Below are positions 38,598 to 51,186 of a stretch of DNA of 64,000 nt, piece by piece (position 1 is the stretch's first letter; each line of letters begins with the position of its first letter). Origin of the DNA: Azolla caroliniana (taxonomy: Eukaryota > Plantae > Polypodiophyta); NCBI GenBank assembly GCA_043228905.1, contig JBHGNT010000018.1, positions 5,270,001-5,334,000 on the forward strand, written 5' to 3'. The position numbers were made by a program, and so were the translations under genes. Below the pieces are notes generated by a model that saw only the letters and a list, made by a program, of their open reading frames with translations, was not told where the DNA came from and did no database searches.

Positions 38598-39068
38598 TGT
38601 TAAGAGTCTATTACTAATCAATAGACCAAATCAAGTAAAAAGGAAGAAAATAGATTGGATAGAAGAACCCGTTCCACCCGACCACCCCCGAGCTATGATC
38701 TAGACATAGCCAACCTACCACCGACGTCCCATACCGCCGGATATTAGGATGACTAATACCTTGGAAGAGATAAACACGATCGTCGAGACGAAAGCCTAGC
38801 CCGCACCACCGGTGTCTATGACAGCAGCCTTCCGACGTGATTCCTATGAGGGTAGCTAAGCCTCATATTTATACCTTTTCCTAGGCCCCTTGAATAGATG
38901 TGCCTTTCTAAAAGGCTCTCTATTCATTGGTTGTCTAAATCATGATAGTGCATGCACATATCATTCATTCTATCCAATCATTAGTCCACTTTTTAATAAT
39001 AGTGAACATACCCTTCACTAATGTAAATATTAGTGACCTACCCTCACCAACGTTATGTGTACATAACA
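38598..39068 (-). repeat. 3' LTR of the chromovirus
   Basis: TGTTAAGAG...ACATAACA, direct repeat of 45232-45702, adjacent to the PPT. Confidence 0.97.
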
Positions 39069-39075
39069 TACTCCC

Positions 39076-42000
39076 CTACTTCAAAAGATTGCACTCTTGC
39101 AATATAAAGTGAGGAAATTGTGCCTTAAGCGAATGCTCGCGTTCCCATGTGGCATCATCAATAGGTTTATCCATCCATTTGATCTTGAATAGCCGAATCT
39201 CTTTAGAACGTAAACGTTTAGTACGAGAATCAAGAATTCGTTCAGGAACATGAGGTTTGTAAGAAAAATCCTCTAATGTTACAAGATCTTGGATTGTGAT
39301 GGTGTTATCACCAGAGCCTAAAAATGGTTTTAGACGACTGACGTGAAAAACAGGATGAATACCAACGTTACGAGGTAAGGCAAGGTGATAAGCAGATGAC
39401 CCAACTCGCTTAAGGATTTCAAATGGGCCACAATATCGTGGGGCTAACTTAGCGCACTTGCCCGTAGATAATGACGTAGAATCAGTCGGGACATGCAAAA
39501 AAACTTTTTGACCAATAGTAAATGCACGAGGACGTCTATCCTGATCAGCATAAAATCGAGCACGATCTTGAGCTGTCTTGACATTTTCTTTGGCAATATG
39601 CAACATTTGGTTCATGTCTTGCAAAAAATTGCGTGTACTGTCTAATGTATCACGATGAATCGTGACATCAACTGGGGCACGTGGCTGAAAACCATACATC
39701 AACATAAAAGGACTATATCCAGTGGATGTATGTTTAGAGCTATTATAGGCAAATTCTAAGATAGGAAGGTATTGCTCCCACTTAGAAGGGGTTTTTGCTA
39801 CATAAGCTCGAAGCATGTCCTCAATAATTTGATTAACTCGTTCAGTTTGTCCATCAGACTGAGGATGATCTGCGGAACTCATGCTCAACGTAGTTTCTAG
39901 TTTCTTAAAGACCTGAGTCCAAAAGTCACTAGTAAACTTGGAATCTCGATCACTAACAATATCCATCGGTAATCCATAAAAACGAAATAACTCATCAACA
40001 AATTGATAAGCCAACTGTTGAGCGGTTACCGTGGTTTTTGTAGGAATAAATCTAGCTAATTTTGTTAGCCTGTCAACGACAACCCATATGGCATCATGAC
40101 CCCTCTGTGTACGAGGTAAACTAACAATAAAATCCATCGAGATACTTTCCCATTTATTATTGGGAATATCTAAGGGATGTAAAAGACCAGCAGCTTTAAG
40201 TCGTTCCGACTTATTAATCTGACATTGTAAGCATTGAGTTACGTATTTATGCACGTCAGAGCGCATCTTAGGCCAGAAAAAAGTACACGAGATGAGAACG
40301 AGTGTGCGTTGTATTCCAGGATGACCAGCAGATGGTGCATCATGACATTCATGAAAAATTTTCTGTTTAACATTTGGTAAATCTGGAACACAGACCTTTC
40401 CACTACGGTAGAGCAAACCGTTTGTAATGTGAAAGGTCGCCTTCGAGGGTAGGGTGCTAGTATCGGCATCTAAACCAGATTCGGCTTTCGTCCAGTATTT
40501 TGAGAAATAACTGTCATCAAGGTATTTCCCTCGAAGGTGATCTAAAAGATCAGATTTTATTTCCGTGAAGCTAAGCATGTTAACTTCTTTAATGCGACTA
40601 AGAGCATCAGCAACGGTGTTCATAGAACCCTTGCGATATCGTATGGAAAAATCAAAATCTTGCATAAGGTCAGCCCAACGGCCTTTACGACCAACAAGAT
40701 CGGGCTGGTCACAAAAATACTTTAATGATTGATGGTCTGTTGTAACCACAAATTTATTTCCATAGAGATAGTGCCTCCATGTTTTAAGTGCGTGTATCAC
40801 CGCAAACAACTCTTTCTCTTGAACCGAATACCGAGATTGAGCAGCATCAAGCTTCTTACTTTCAAAAGCAATAGGGTGACCACCTTGATAAAGAACGGCA
40901 CCAATAGCATAATCACTAGCGTCGGTTTCAATTGAGAAAGGCTTAGAAGGGTCTGGTAATAGAAGAGTGGGAGCCTGACACACATGCTCCTTGAGTGTCT
41001 CAAATGATTTGTCAAGTTGTTCATTCCATGAAATTGGTTTGACAGACTTACGTGGATGACCTTTTAAAAGGTCAGTTAATGGCGTAGTCAATTTGGAATA
41101 GTTACGAATTGATTTTCGTAAAAATCCAACAAACCCTAAGAATGATCTAAGTTCACGAATATTACGAGGAATGGGCCAAAGTTTAACCTTTTCAATACGA
41201 GAAGGTTCAATTTCAACGCCATTTTCTGTAATTAAATGACCTAGGTACACAATAGATTTTTGGAAGAAGTCACATTTTGAATGTTTTGCATAGAAAGAGT
41301 TGTCACGCAACTTTCGCAAAACAAATCGAACATGTTGAACATGATCTTGCAAGGTACGGCTATATATCAAAATATCATCCAAGAAGACGACAACAAAATC
41401 ACCGAGTTGATCTCGGAAAACATCATTCATCGCTTGTTGGAATGTGGCTGGAGCATTAGTCAACCCAAACGGCATGACTAAAAACTCATAATGGCCATAG
41501 CGCGTACGAAAAGCGGTTTTAGGAATATCATCCTCGGCGATGCGAATCTGATGATAACCAGTTCGTAAGTCAATTTTCGTAAAATATCGAGCCCCGTGCA
41601 AACGATCAATCAAATCATCGGCACGAGGTAATGGATATGCATTCTTAATTGTCATTTTATTCAAACGGCGATAATTGATACACATTCGCCACGAACCTTC
41701 CTTCTTCTTGACTAATAGAACTGGCGCACCCCAAGGTGATTTACTATACCTAATGTGGCCCATACTCAAGTATTCCTTAAGTTGTTTAGCGATCTCATCC
41801 TCTTCTAATCGACTAAGTCGGTAAGGTGGAATGCTCACAGGAGCAGCCCCAGGGATGAGTTCAATTTGATGGTCCACATTACGTTTAGGTGGTAAAGTAA
41901 GCGGTAATTCAGTAGGAAACACATCTTGAAAATCCTCTAAAATAGAGTCGAGTAATCGTTGCTCAAAATGTGGTAATTGTGTGGCGTCAATATTAAAATA

Positions 42001-43479
42001 ATAAAATTGAACCGCATGATCAATTACACACGAATAAATTAATGAACTAGAATACTCACTTAAAGATTTAGAAGACACAAGTGAATGAGAAGGAAGTTTG
42101 GAACATTGAATAAAATGTTTACAATTATTAAGTTCAAATGTGATTGAGTGATTAACCCAATCAATGGACAAAGAAGGGTTTTTATTAAAAAACCAAGGAT
42201 ATCCTAAAATGACATCTGCGGATTGTAATTTCATAACATGAAAGTCAAGCTTCTCCAAATAAGTATCTATTTGAATTGGCAGTTGACAAACAATGCCACT
42301 GATGTATTGAACGTTTCCATTTGCCGTGTGAACTTGATAGATATGATCACTTGCGTTTATGTGGAGCTCCATTTGCTGCACAAAGTGATCATTAAGAAAA
42401 TTGTAAGAACTACCGGAATCAAACAAGAAATGTGCTTGTGTTCCATTGATATATCCGACTGCTCGGAGTAAATCATTAGGTTCAAGTAAATGTGAAGGAA
42501 AAGTGCATTCACATAAACTTAAGTGATTGGTATGAACTTCAACAATATCAAAAGACTCACCTGTGTGACTCGTAGATTTGTCTTGAGGAGGGGTGTTCAT
42601 TGACTTCCTCTCAAGACGACGACAAGTATCCTTTGTGTGGCCCCGCTTCTTGCAATATGCACAGAAGAGGTTCGGTTTCTTTGAGTCGCGGTCAAGAGTG
42701 TCACTGGATTGCTTACGTTTCCCAATGAACTTGACATTCGGAGTTTTGGCGAACTCAGGTTTATTGTGGTCTTTCTTGGAAGTCCTATGGTATCGCAGCA
42801 CAATGTTGACGGCTTCCTCGAAAGTTGTGGGGTCCTTGTCATGGACAATCCAATGATAATCCCCATTGGGAATACCATTCAAAAAACAAGCGACAAACCA
42901 TTTCTCACCCGTAAGTCCCGATTTTTGGATCTGGGTCCTAGCGTGATGCACATAATCCTCGAGAGAGGTAAATGGCTTACTAGACAATGTGAGCAAGTGT
43001 TGCGCTTGTTCGGTTTGAGAAGGTGGCTGCAAGAATTGTTTCTTAAAAACATCAACGAAACCTTCCCAAGTTGTGGGTAAGTTTTTTGCGGTCCTTAGGC
43101 CACGCCACCAGGCAGCAGCTCGGCCACCTAATTCACGACCGACATAACCAATTTTTACTGCATCGGGCTTGGGATGAAGCTCAAAGTGAGACTCCCAACG
43201 ACCAAGCCAAGTGCTAATGGCCTCCTCGGTTCTTTCTTTCTTATCTCCCTTGAAAGGCGTGACTACGAAGGAAGGTTCACCTTCTTTCTTGGACTCAATA
43301 GTTAATTCTTGGAATTTCTTTTCCAATGCCATATTGGCCTGTCTCATTTCGGCCAATTGATTCAAGGTAGTAGTGAGCAATTGCTCAATAGTGATCTCAG
43401 CTTGTGTGCGAGATGCGGATTGGGGTTGAGAGGTCTCATTTGGAGAGATCGTTCCAACTGCGTTCAAAACTTGTTCCAT
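39076..43479 (-). CDS. Gag-Pol polyprotein (gag, zinc knuckle, aspartic protease, RT, RNase H, integrase, chromodomain), 1467 aa
   Basis: [14 protein letters not shown] knuckle; [11 protein letters not shown] protease; [32 protein letters not shown]; RNase [29 protein letters not shown]; integrase H-H-CxxC, SMDF, SDRD, TERVN, GPF; chromodomain PERILDSR...FKIKW...DATWE. Confidence 0.98.
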   Translation of the reverse strand: MEQVLNAVGTISPNETSQPQSASRTQAEITIEQLLTTTLNQLAEMRQANMALEKKFQELTIESKKEGEPSFVVTPFKGDKKERTEEAISTWLGRWESHFELHPKPDAVKIGYVGRELGGRAAAWWRGLRTAKNLPTTWEGFVDVFKKQFLQPPSQTEQAQHLLTLSSKPFTSLEDYVHHARTQIQKSGLTGEKWFVACFLNGIPNGDYHWIVHDKDPTTFEEAVNIVLRYHRTSKKDHNKPEFAKTPNVKFIGKRKQSSDTLDRDSKKPNLFCAYCKKRGHTKDTCRRLERKSMNTPPQDKSTSHTGESFDIVEVHTNHLSLCECTFPSHLLEPNDLLRAVGYINGTQAHFLFDSGSSYNFLNDHFVQQMELHINASDHIYQVHTANGNVQYISGIVCQLPIQIDTYLEKLDFHVMKLQSADVILGYPWFFNKNPSLSIDWVNHSITFELNNCKHFIQCSKLPSHSLVSSKSLSEYSSSLIYSCVIDHAVQFYYFNIDATQLPHFEQRLLDSILEDFQDVFPTELPLTLPPKRNVDHQIELIPGAAPVSIPPYRLSRLEEDEIAKQLKEYLSMGHIRYSKSPWGAPVLLVKKKEGSWRMCINYRRLNKMTIKNAYPLPRADDLIDRLHGARYFTKIDLRTGYHQIRIAEDDIPKTAFRTRYGHYEFLVMPFGLTNAPATFQQAMNDVFRDQLGDFVVVFLDDILIYSRTLQDHVQHVRFVLRKLRDNSFYAKHSKCDFFQKSIVYLGHLITENGVEIEPSRIEKVKLWPIPRNIRELRSFLGFVGFLRKSIRNYSKLTTPLTDLLKGHPRKSVKPISWNEQLDKSFETLKEHVCQAPTLLLPDPSKPFSIETDASDYAIGAVLYQGGHPIAFESKKLDAAQSRYSVQEKELFAVIHALKTWRHYLYGNKFVVTTDHQSLKYFCDQPDLVGRKGRWADLMQDFDFSIRYRKGSMNTVADALSRIKEVNMLSFTEIKSDLLDHLRGKYLDDSYFSKYWTKAESGLDADTSTLPSKATFHITNGLLYRSGKVCVPDLPNVKQKIFHECHDAPSAGHPGIQRTLVLISCTFFWPKMRSDVHKYVTQCLQCQINKSERLKAAGLLHPLDIPNNKWESISMDFIVSLPRTQRGHDAIWVVVDRLTKLARFIPTKTTVTAQQLAYQFVDELFRFYGLPMDIVSDRDSKFTSDFWTQVFKKLETTLSMSSADHPQSDGQTERVNQIIEDMLRAYVAKTPSKWEQYLPILEFAYNSSKHTSTGYSPFMLMYGFQPRAPVDVTIHRDTLDSTRNFLQDMNQMLHIAKENVKTAQDRARFYADQDRRPRAFTIGQKVFLHVPTDSTSLSTGKCAKLAPRYCGPFEILKRVGSSAYHLALPRNVGIHPVFHVSRLKPFLGSGDNTITIQDLVTLEDFSYKPHVPERILDSRTKRLRSKEIRLFKIKWMDKPIDDATWEREHSLKAQFPHFILQECNLLK

Positions 43480-44469
43480 GATGCACGTTGTGGGTATGCA
43501 ATAAAATAAGGAGGTTCAGAAAATACACAAGCAAAATGAATGCTTGAAATTTTGATTGAAAGAACTTTATCCAAGAAAGTATCTCATGTCTTTACCCCTC
43601 TAGACATATGAGATGTGATTCGAGATCCGATAACTATGGTAACACTATGGTGTTTTAAAAACCATGGGGGAAAACATAGCTAAGATGTATTTCTCGGATC
43701 TCTATCTTGAGTAATCATGGCGGCTCCCTGAGGCTCAACCATGGTTCTTACATCAATGAAATTTCCTAGATAGCCTTATATTAATGCCAACTCATCATGT
43801 ATTATATGGTCGAGAAAGTGTATTACGTGAAAAAACAAGTGCACTCACAAGTAATATTCTAGTCTTGCGAGCAATAAGCAAACGTGATGATAAAATGATA
43901 AAATAAGGCACTACTCATAAGAGTTAAGTAGTGACGAAAACAAGGGTAAAAAAAAAAAACCCATGTGTTACCTACGAAAAAAACAATGTCACAAATAAAT
44001 GGGAAGTGCAAGGTATGCACATATACATCCCAATATGATTGTTATAACTTGCACAATTGTGACATAAGCCACAAATTGATACAAGTGATGACGGTGTTGT
44101 GCGCAAAGATGTAATACTCAAATCCATGAGTAAAACATCAATAAGGGAACTCATATGGTTTTACTCGTTTTCTAAGGCTTGATGATAAGAGTTAAACCTA
44201 GATGACCCGTTGAAAAAAATCGTTCAACAAGCCACTCCATACGAAAAAATAGTCTACACGTAAAGGTTACATTAAAATAAACGATGTAAATACTTTATAC
44301 ATGAAAAGGAAGTGGAAAAAGGAGAGTTAATTGTGGGCGGGTAAATAATAATTACTAGAAAATCATATAAGTGAAACAATACTTATGAAATTAAAATTTA
44401 ATTAGAATAATCAACAATTAGGTGTATGGAATTAAACATGCCCTAAGATACGAAACCCTAGGGTAGTTG

Positions 44470-44800
44470 ACATGCACCTCCTCAAGACCACCACATATCC
44501 CTAGAATCGGCCAAGTAATGGCTAATTAAAGAGGAAAGTGGCATAGGTAAGTGACATATACCTCGTCAAGGCCGCATCATCCCTTAGAATCGGCCAATTG
44601 ATGACTAATTAAAAAGGAAAGTGGCATATGTAAGCTACATATACCTTGTCAAGGCCACAACATCCCATAGAATCGGCCAATTGATGGCTTAATAGAGAGT
44701 AGAGTGGCATAGGTAGGCAACATACACCTCGTCAAGGCCACATCATCCCTTAGAATCGGCCAAGTGATGGCTCAATAGAGGGGAAGAGTGGTATACTCAA
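44470..44800. repeat. ~83-bp tandem repeat x4 in the retrotransposon 5' leader
   Basis: TAGAATCGGCCAA at about 44502, 44585, 44668 and 44752, each followed by AGTGG(C/T)ATA; the first three also by TCAAGGCC. Confidence 0.9.
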
Positions 44801-45231
44801 CATCATATGCAAAACGGCCATGAGATAAGCGTGTGCGATTAGAGCAAACACGCTTGACCCAATGCACAAGAATAATTATTATCGTAAGAGTTCAAGAGAG
44901 GAGAGAGTGGGATATATATCGCAATATGCAAAAGGCCAGGAGTTGAGCGTGTGCGATTAGTGCAAACACGTTCGGCCCGATGCATAATAATAAGTAAAAT
45001 CGTAGCGTAGTAGGAGGTAGAAAGAAAGAGAATAAAACGTAATACCAATTTGATTCGACCATAAAGAACGCATAATAGAAAAAGAGAAGAGATCAAAAAA
45101 GAAGAATACCGGGTTTAGAGTGTTGTTTTGATCCTGAGAAGAGCATGACGAGCCTTGTTAGATCCCCCTCGCTCACACGCAAAAAACATCAAAACAACAA
45201 AAAAAATTGTTAGTAAAAGCTCTGATACCAC

Positions 45232-45702
45232 TGTTAAGAGTCTATTACTAATCAATAGACCAAATCAAGTAAAAAGGAAGAAAATAGATTGGATAGAAGA
45301 ACCCGTTCCACCCGACCACCCCCGAGCTATGATCTAGACATAGCCAACCTACCACCGACGTCCCATACCGCCGGATATTAGGATGACTAATACCTTTGAA
45401 GAGATAAACACGATCGTCGAGACGAAAGCCTAGCCCGCACCACCAGTGTCTACGACAACAGCCTTCCGACGTGATTCCTATGAGGGTAGCTAAGCCTCAT
45501 ATTTATACCTTTTCCTAGGCCCCTTGAATAGATGTGCCTTTCTAAAAGGCTCTCTATTCATTGGTTGTCTAAATCATGATAGTGCATGCACATATCATTC
45601 ATTCTATCCAATCATTAGTCCCCTTTTTAATAATAGTGAACATACCCTTCACTAATGTAAATATTAGTGACCTACCCTCACCAACGTTATGTGTACATAA
45701 CA
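45232..45702 (-). repeat. 5' LTR of the chromovirus
   Basis: Direct repeat of 38598-39068; the Met PBS follows it on the minus strand. Confidence 0.97.
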
Positions 45703-47429
45703 TGTCCATATCATTATGCCTAAGATTTCGACCAACGTATACCCTATTGGTAGCGAGTCAAGCAAGAGTAGTTGTCGAGCACCCTTGAACAACTAGCTTA
45801 ACTAAAGTTAGTGATTAGTGCTTACACTTAGTCACTCCCTCACTTTGCTCTCTATTGTAATAGAAATAGATGCATATACAAAAGAAGACAATATATAAAT
45901 ATACAACACTCCTTATTATCAAAGAGTTTTAAAACAATACAAGAGTGGGAAGATTAGGGTTTGGCTTCACTAGCACTTAACCCTAATCTATCTTTGCACC
46001 AATAGAAGATTAAAGGGATACAGTGAAAACTCTTAATACACTAATAGAAGGTAGAAAACACAAGATTGAAGAAGAGCTACAAAAGTCACCAAATGGTTGC
46101 TTTTATAGCTTTAAAAAAGGGTGTTGTGTAACAAAGCCTCGCATATGGGTTTATTCTATCCCCATTTTCCCATAGTATTATTGAGTTCGGTATCTCTTGT
46201 TGGGGCCATTGTCTTCTCAATTGGTGTCTCAGATATTGGATACACAACAATATATTGGCCTTAATGTGTGTAAATTAGTCCCCATTGGCATTCCTTGATT
46301 TTTGCACATCACAAAAAAATGCCCTATATAGGAGACAAAAGTGGAGATGTTCTAGGTAAAACGTTGTTTGAATTGTTGAGCCATCCTCTCAAGCAACATC
46401 AAGAGTAGAAACACCCTCAATTAAGCATTGGGTATCCTAATGGTTTGCGTCTATTTGTTGTTCTTTTTGTAAATTATGGAGACTGGAATAATTGCCATTT
46501 GGGAAGGTCAACTTACATGTTCATCTTGAGCAACTTAAATAACAAAAACACCACCCTCAACAAAGCCTTTGGTATCCTAATGGTTCGTGTCCAGTAGTTA
46601 TTTTTTTTGTAGATCGTGAAGGTTGGAATAGTTATCATTCGAGTAGATAAACTTGCATAGTTGAATCACATGACAATAGTAGAAAGAGTTGTCATAGAAA
46701 ACGACAGTTCCCACCAACAAACATTATCAATATGCAAATGGGTTTTGACAACAAAAAACTCCCAAAGAGTAGGAAATAGAGTGAAATGATCACTAATGAA
46801 ATTCGAACATGTAACAAAAAATTTACAACATGAAATAAACAAGGGAACATGTTGGAGATGTGTCCATTGACTTGTGAATATGCTTGAGGTGAGATGACGA
46901 CAGAGTACAATGAATATATGAAGCAGTAAATGGTCATAACAACATGCATTTCTATTCTTTGACATGATTTAGTATGTACGACACTCTAGGAACGATAAAC
47001 TACCACAACAAAATGTCACATATGTTGGTTTGTGAAACTTTGTATACTACTCTCGTTTGTGTCTCTAACATTCTCATGTCATGGGTGAAATAATTTGACA
47101 ATTTAGTTTCCAAATGTGACAATGTTCACACATACACCCCCCACTCTAATCTCAAGCGACAAACTACCATTAGAAACACAAACATGGACACATGCACATA
47201 CAAATGCATGGATGTGAACATGAGTCATAAACACATACAATAAACCCTATCTAACATGTGACCAAATATTCAACAAATCATCACAAGTAGTATTAGACCT
47301 TATGAGGGAGATAATAACATATCTTTCTCATGAGAAGTTAAGTTGTCTCCTTGATGAATTCCTTTTCAATGCCTTTTTGTGACACTTATGCTTCTCTATG
47401 GGGTGGTGGCAACCCCAAGTCCAACAAGA

Positions 47430-49150
47430 TCACTTCCCATTGAGATCAGGGCCATGGAAAGGGTCGTTGAATGTATACTTAAGGCTCAAAAATTTCCCAC
47501 CCACCACTTCCTACAATAACATGGAAAGTAAGAAAAAAGAGATTCCAAAAGACACATAAAATCATTTTTTGTGTGTTTCAATTGGACATGGAAAAATGGT
47601 TAGGAAGATGGGATGTAGCACACATATTGCACCATGATGCATCAATAGGTTCCTCTTTGAATGTGGCCTTTTTGAAATCCCAATGTATCATGACATGAGA
47701 ATTAAAAATGTGGAGGCTCAAGCTTCACACATTATACTACATATGTTGCACCTAGCTACAAATCCATGTTATTCGCCAAACAAAAATTGCACACTCAAAT
47801 ACATGTTAGAACTCACCCCATTGTCAGTCATCCGAACCATTGCTTCCAGACGACTTAACTCAATGTAGGTACAATGTGAGACAGGGTGTTGGGGCATAAC
47901 TGGTGAGAGTAATTGACTTTGCGCACTTTGCCTTAAACAAGTTTGGGAGTTTGAGCATCACATTTTGATAAAATGTCACACCTTTTATCATATCCCAGCT
48001 ACGCTTTCCACGCCTCTTTGACCAAACCCGATCATTGCATTAATTTCTCTCGATGTCACAATGCGCACTCTTGATCGTGAGATTTAGTAGTAAAGTTCTT
48101 GATCATCAAGAGTTGTTACTCACTTTCACATGTACTGCGTGAAAAATGTTATATTTATTGTGTCATATGTCATATTTGATATTCGAATATGATAATATCC
48201 CCCTCCCCTCTCCATCTCTCAACTTAAAATGTCCAAAAGCATTTCCTTACAAAATTTCTCCAAGTCAAGAACAAACTCCATACACCCTTATTTCTTGAGA
48301 TGGAATCTCTTTCCATCAAGGTCATGCCCATGGAAAGGGTTGAAAGAGTATATGTTTTAGGTTCCTAGAATAATGTGGGAAGAAGGCAAAAAGATCCAAA
48401 AGACACATAATTTATTGTGTTCTTGTTGGATGGAAGATATGGAAGCATGGTTTGAATTTTCGAATATAGGATGCAACATACTTGCTTCATGATGCCTTAT
48501 TGCAATGTCAATATATAATAACATGGGAAAAACCTAGAGGTTCATGCTTCACACGTTATAGTATATACGTTGCACCTAACTACAAAATCATATTCTTTAC
48601 TGAACAAGGAGCCAATCTTGCCATCATATCTGTTGCTTCCATACGAATCACTTCACGGTCACTTCAATGTGAGGCGGAGCGTTGGGACACATGTCACAAC
48701 ATTACTTGAGTAAACAAGTTCGGGAGTCAGATTCGACAAATCTTCATGTCTTTGATCATAGTCAATAAATGCTTTCTGCCTCAGATCACAATCGACACAA
48801 CTTTCCACGTGTCTTTGACCAAAGATACAATCCTTTGCACGAGTTTCTCTCTCACAATCACAATGTGCACTCTCGATCCCGACATTCAATTAATAAAGAG
48901 TGTTGGTGTCGATTGTGATATGAGGCAGAAAGCATTTATCGACTATGATCAAAGACATGAAGCATGTGTCTTTGACCAAAAATACAATCCTTTGCACCGG
49001 TTTCTCTCTCACACAGTCACAATGTGCACTCTCGATCCCGACATTCAATTAGTAAAGAGTGTTGTCGGAACAATCGAGAGCCGCAACTCGCATTGTCACA
49101 CGCATTCCGTGAGAACGTTTATAATTCTGTTTGGTCTCACAGGTCAGATA
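47430..49150 (+). repeat. Two tandem diverged copies (B 47430-48130, C 48310-49150) of the unclassified repeat also found at 16510-17650
   Basis: Shared blocks CCATGGAAAGGGT, CCAAAAGACACATAA, GCTTCACAC.TTATA, GTTGCACCTA.CTACAAA, CAATGTGAG, AAACAAGTT.GGGAGT, CTTTGACCAAA and TCACAATG.GCACTCT.GATC. Confidence 0.8.
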
Positions 49151-49304
49151 TGGCGTCCGGAGGCGATAAAATCTCCGAATGTTTATTTAAGATATGGCCT
49201 CTGGGGGCGATAAAATCTCTGAAATTTGAATGTTTATTTCTATTGAGCTATCGAGAAACATTTAAGTGATAAGACAAGAGAAATCTTTGGGCGTCCAAGT
49301 GTGA

Positions 49305-51186
<1,882 letters not shown>

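Larger units (their letters stand above)
38598..45702 (-). mobile_element. Full-length Ty3/gypsy chromovirus LTR retrotransposon, 7105 bp
   Basis: Two 471-bp TG..CA LTRs (38598-39068, 45232-45702) with about 5 differences. TSD TGTCC (38593-38597, 45703-45707). PBS TGGTATCAGAGC for tRNA-iMet (45219-45230). PPT GAAGTAGGGGAG beside the 3' LTR. Confidence 0.98.

Noticed and set aside
44470-44800. 83-bp periodic repeats as a CRISPR-like array next to a reverse transcriptase
   Set aside because: The whole unit is repeated, including the would-be spacers, and it lies in the leader of an ordinary gypsy element.
45710-46200. LTR-like segment to the right of the chromovirus, with a similar one at ~61170-61600
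   Set aside because: LTR-like composition and a TATA motif, but no matching TG..CA termini with a TSD could be confirmed.
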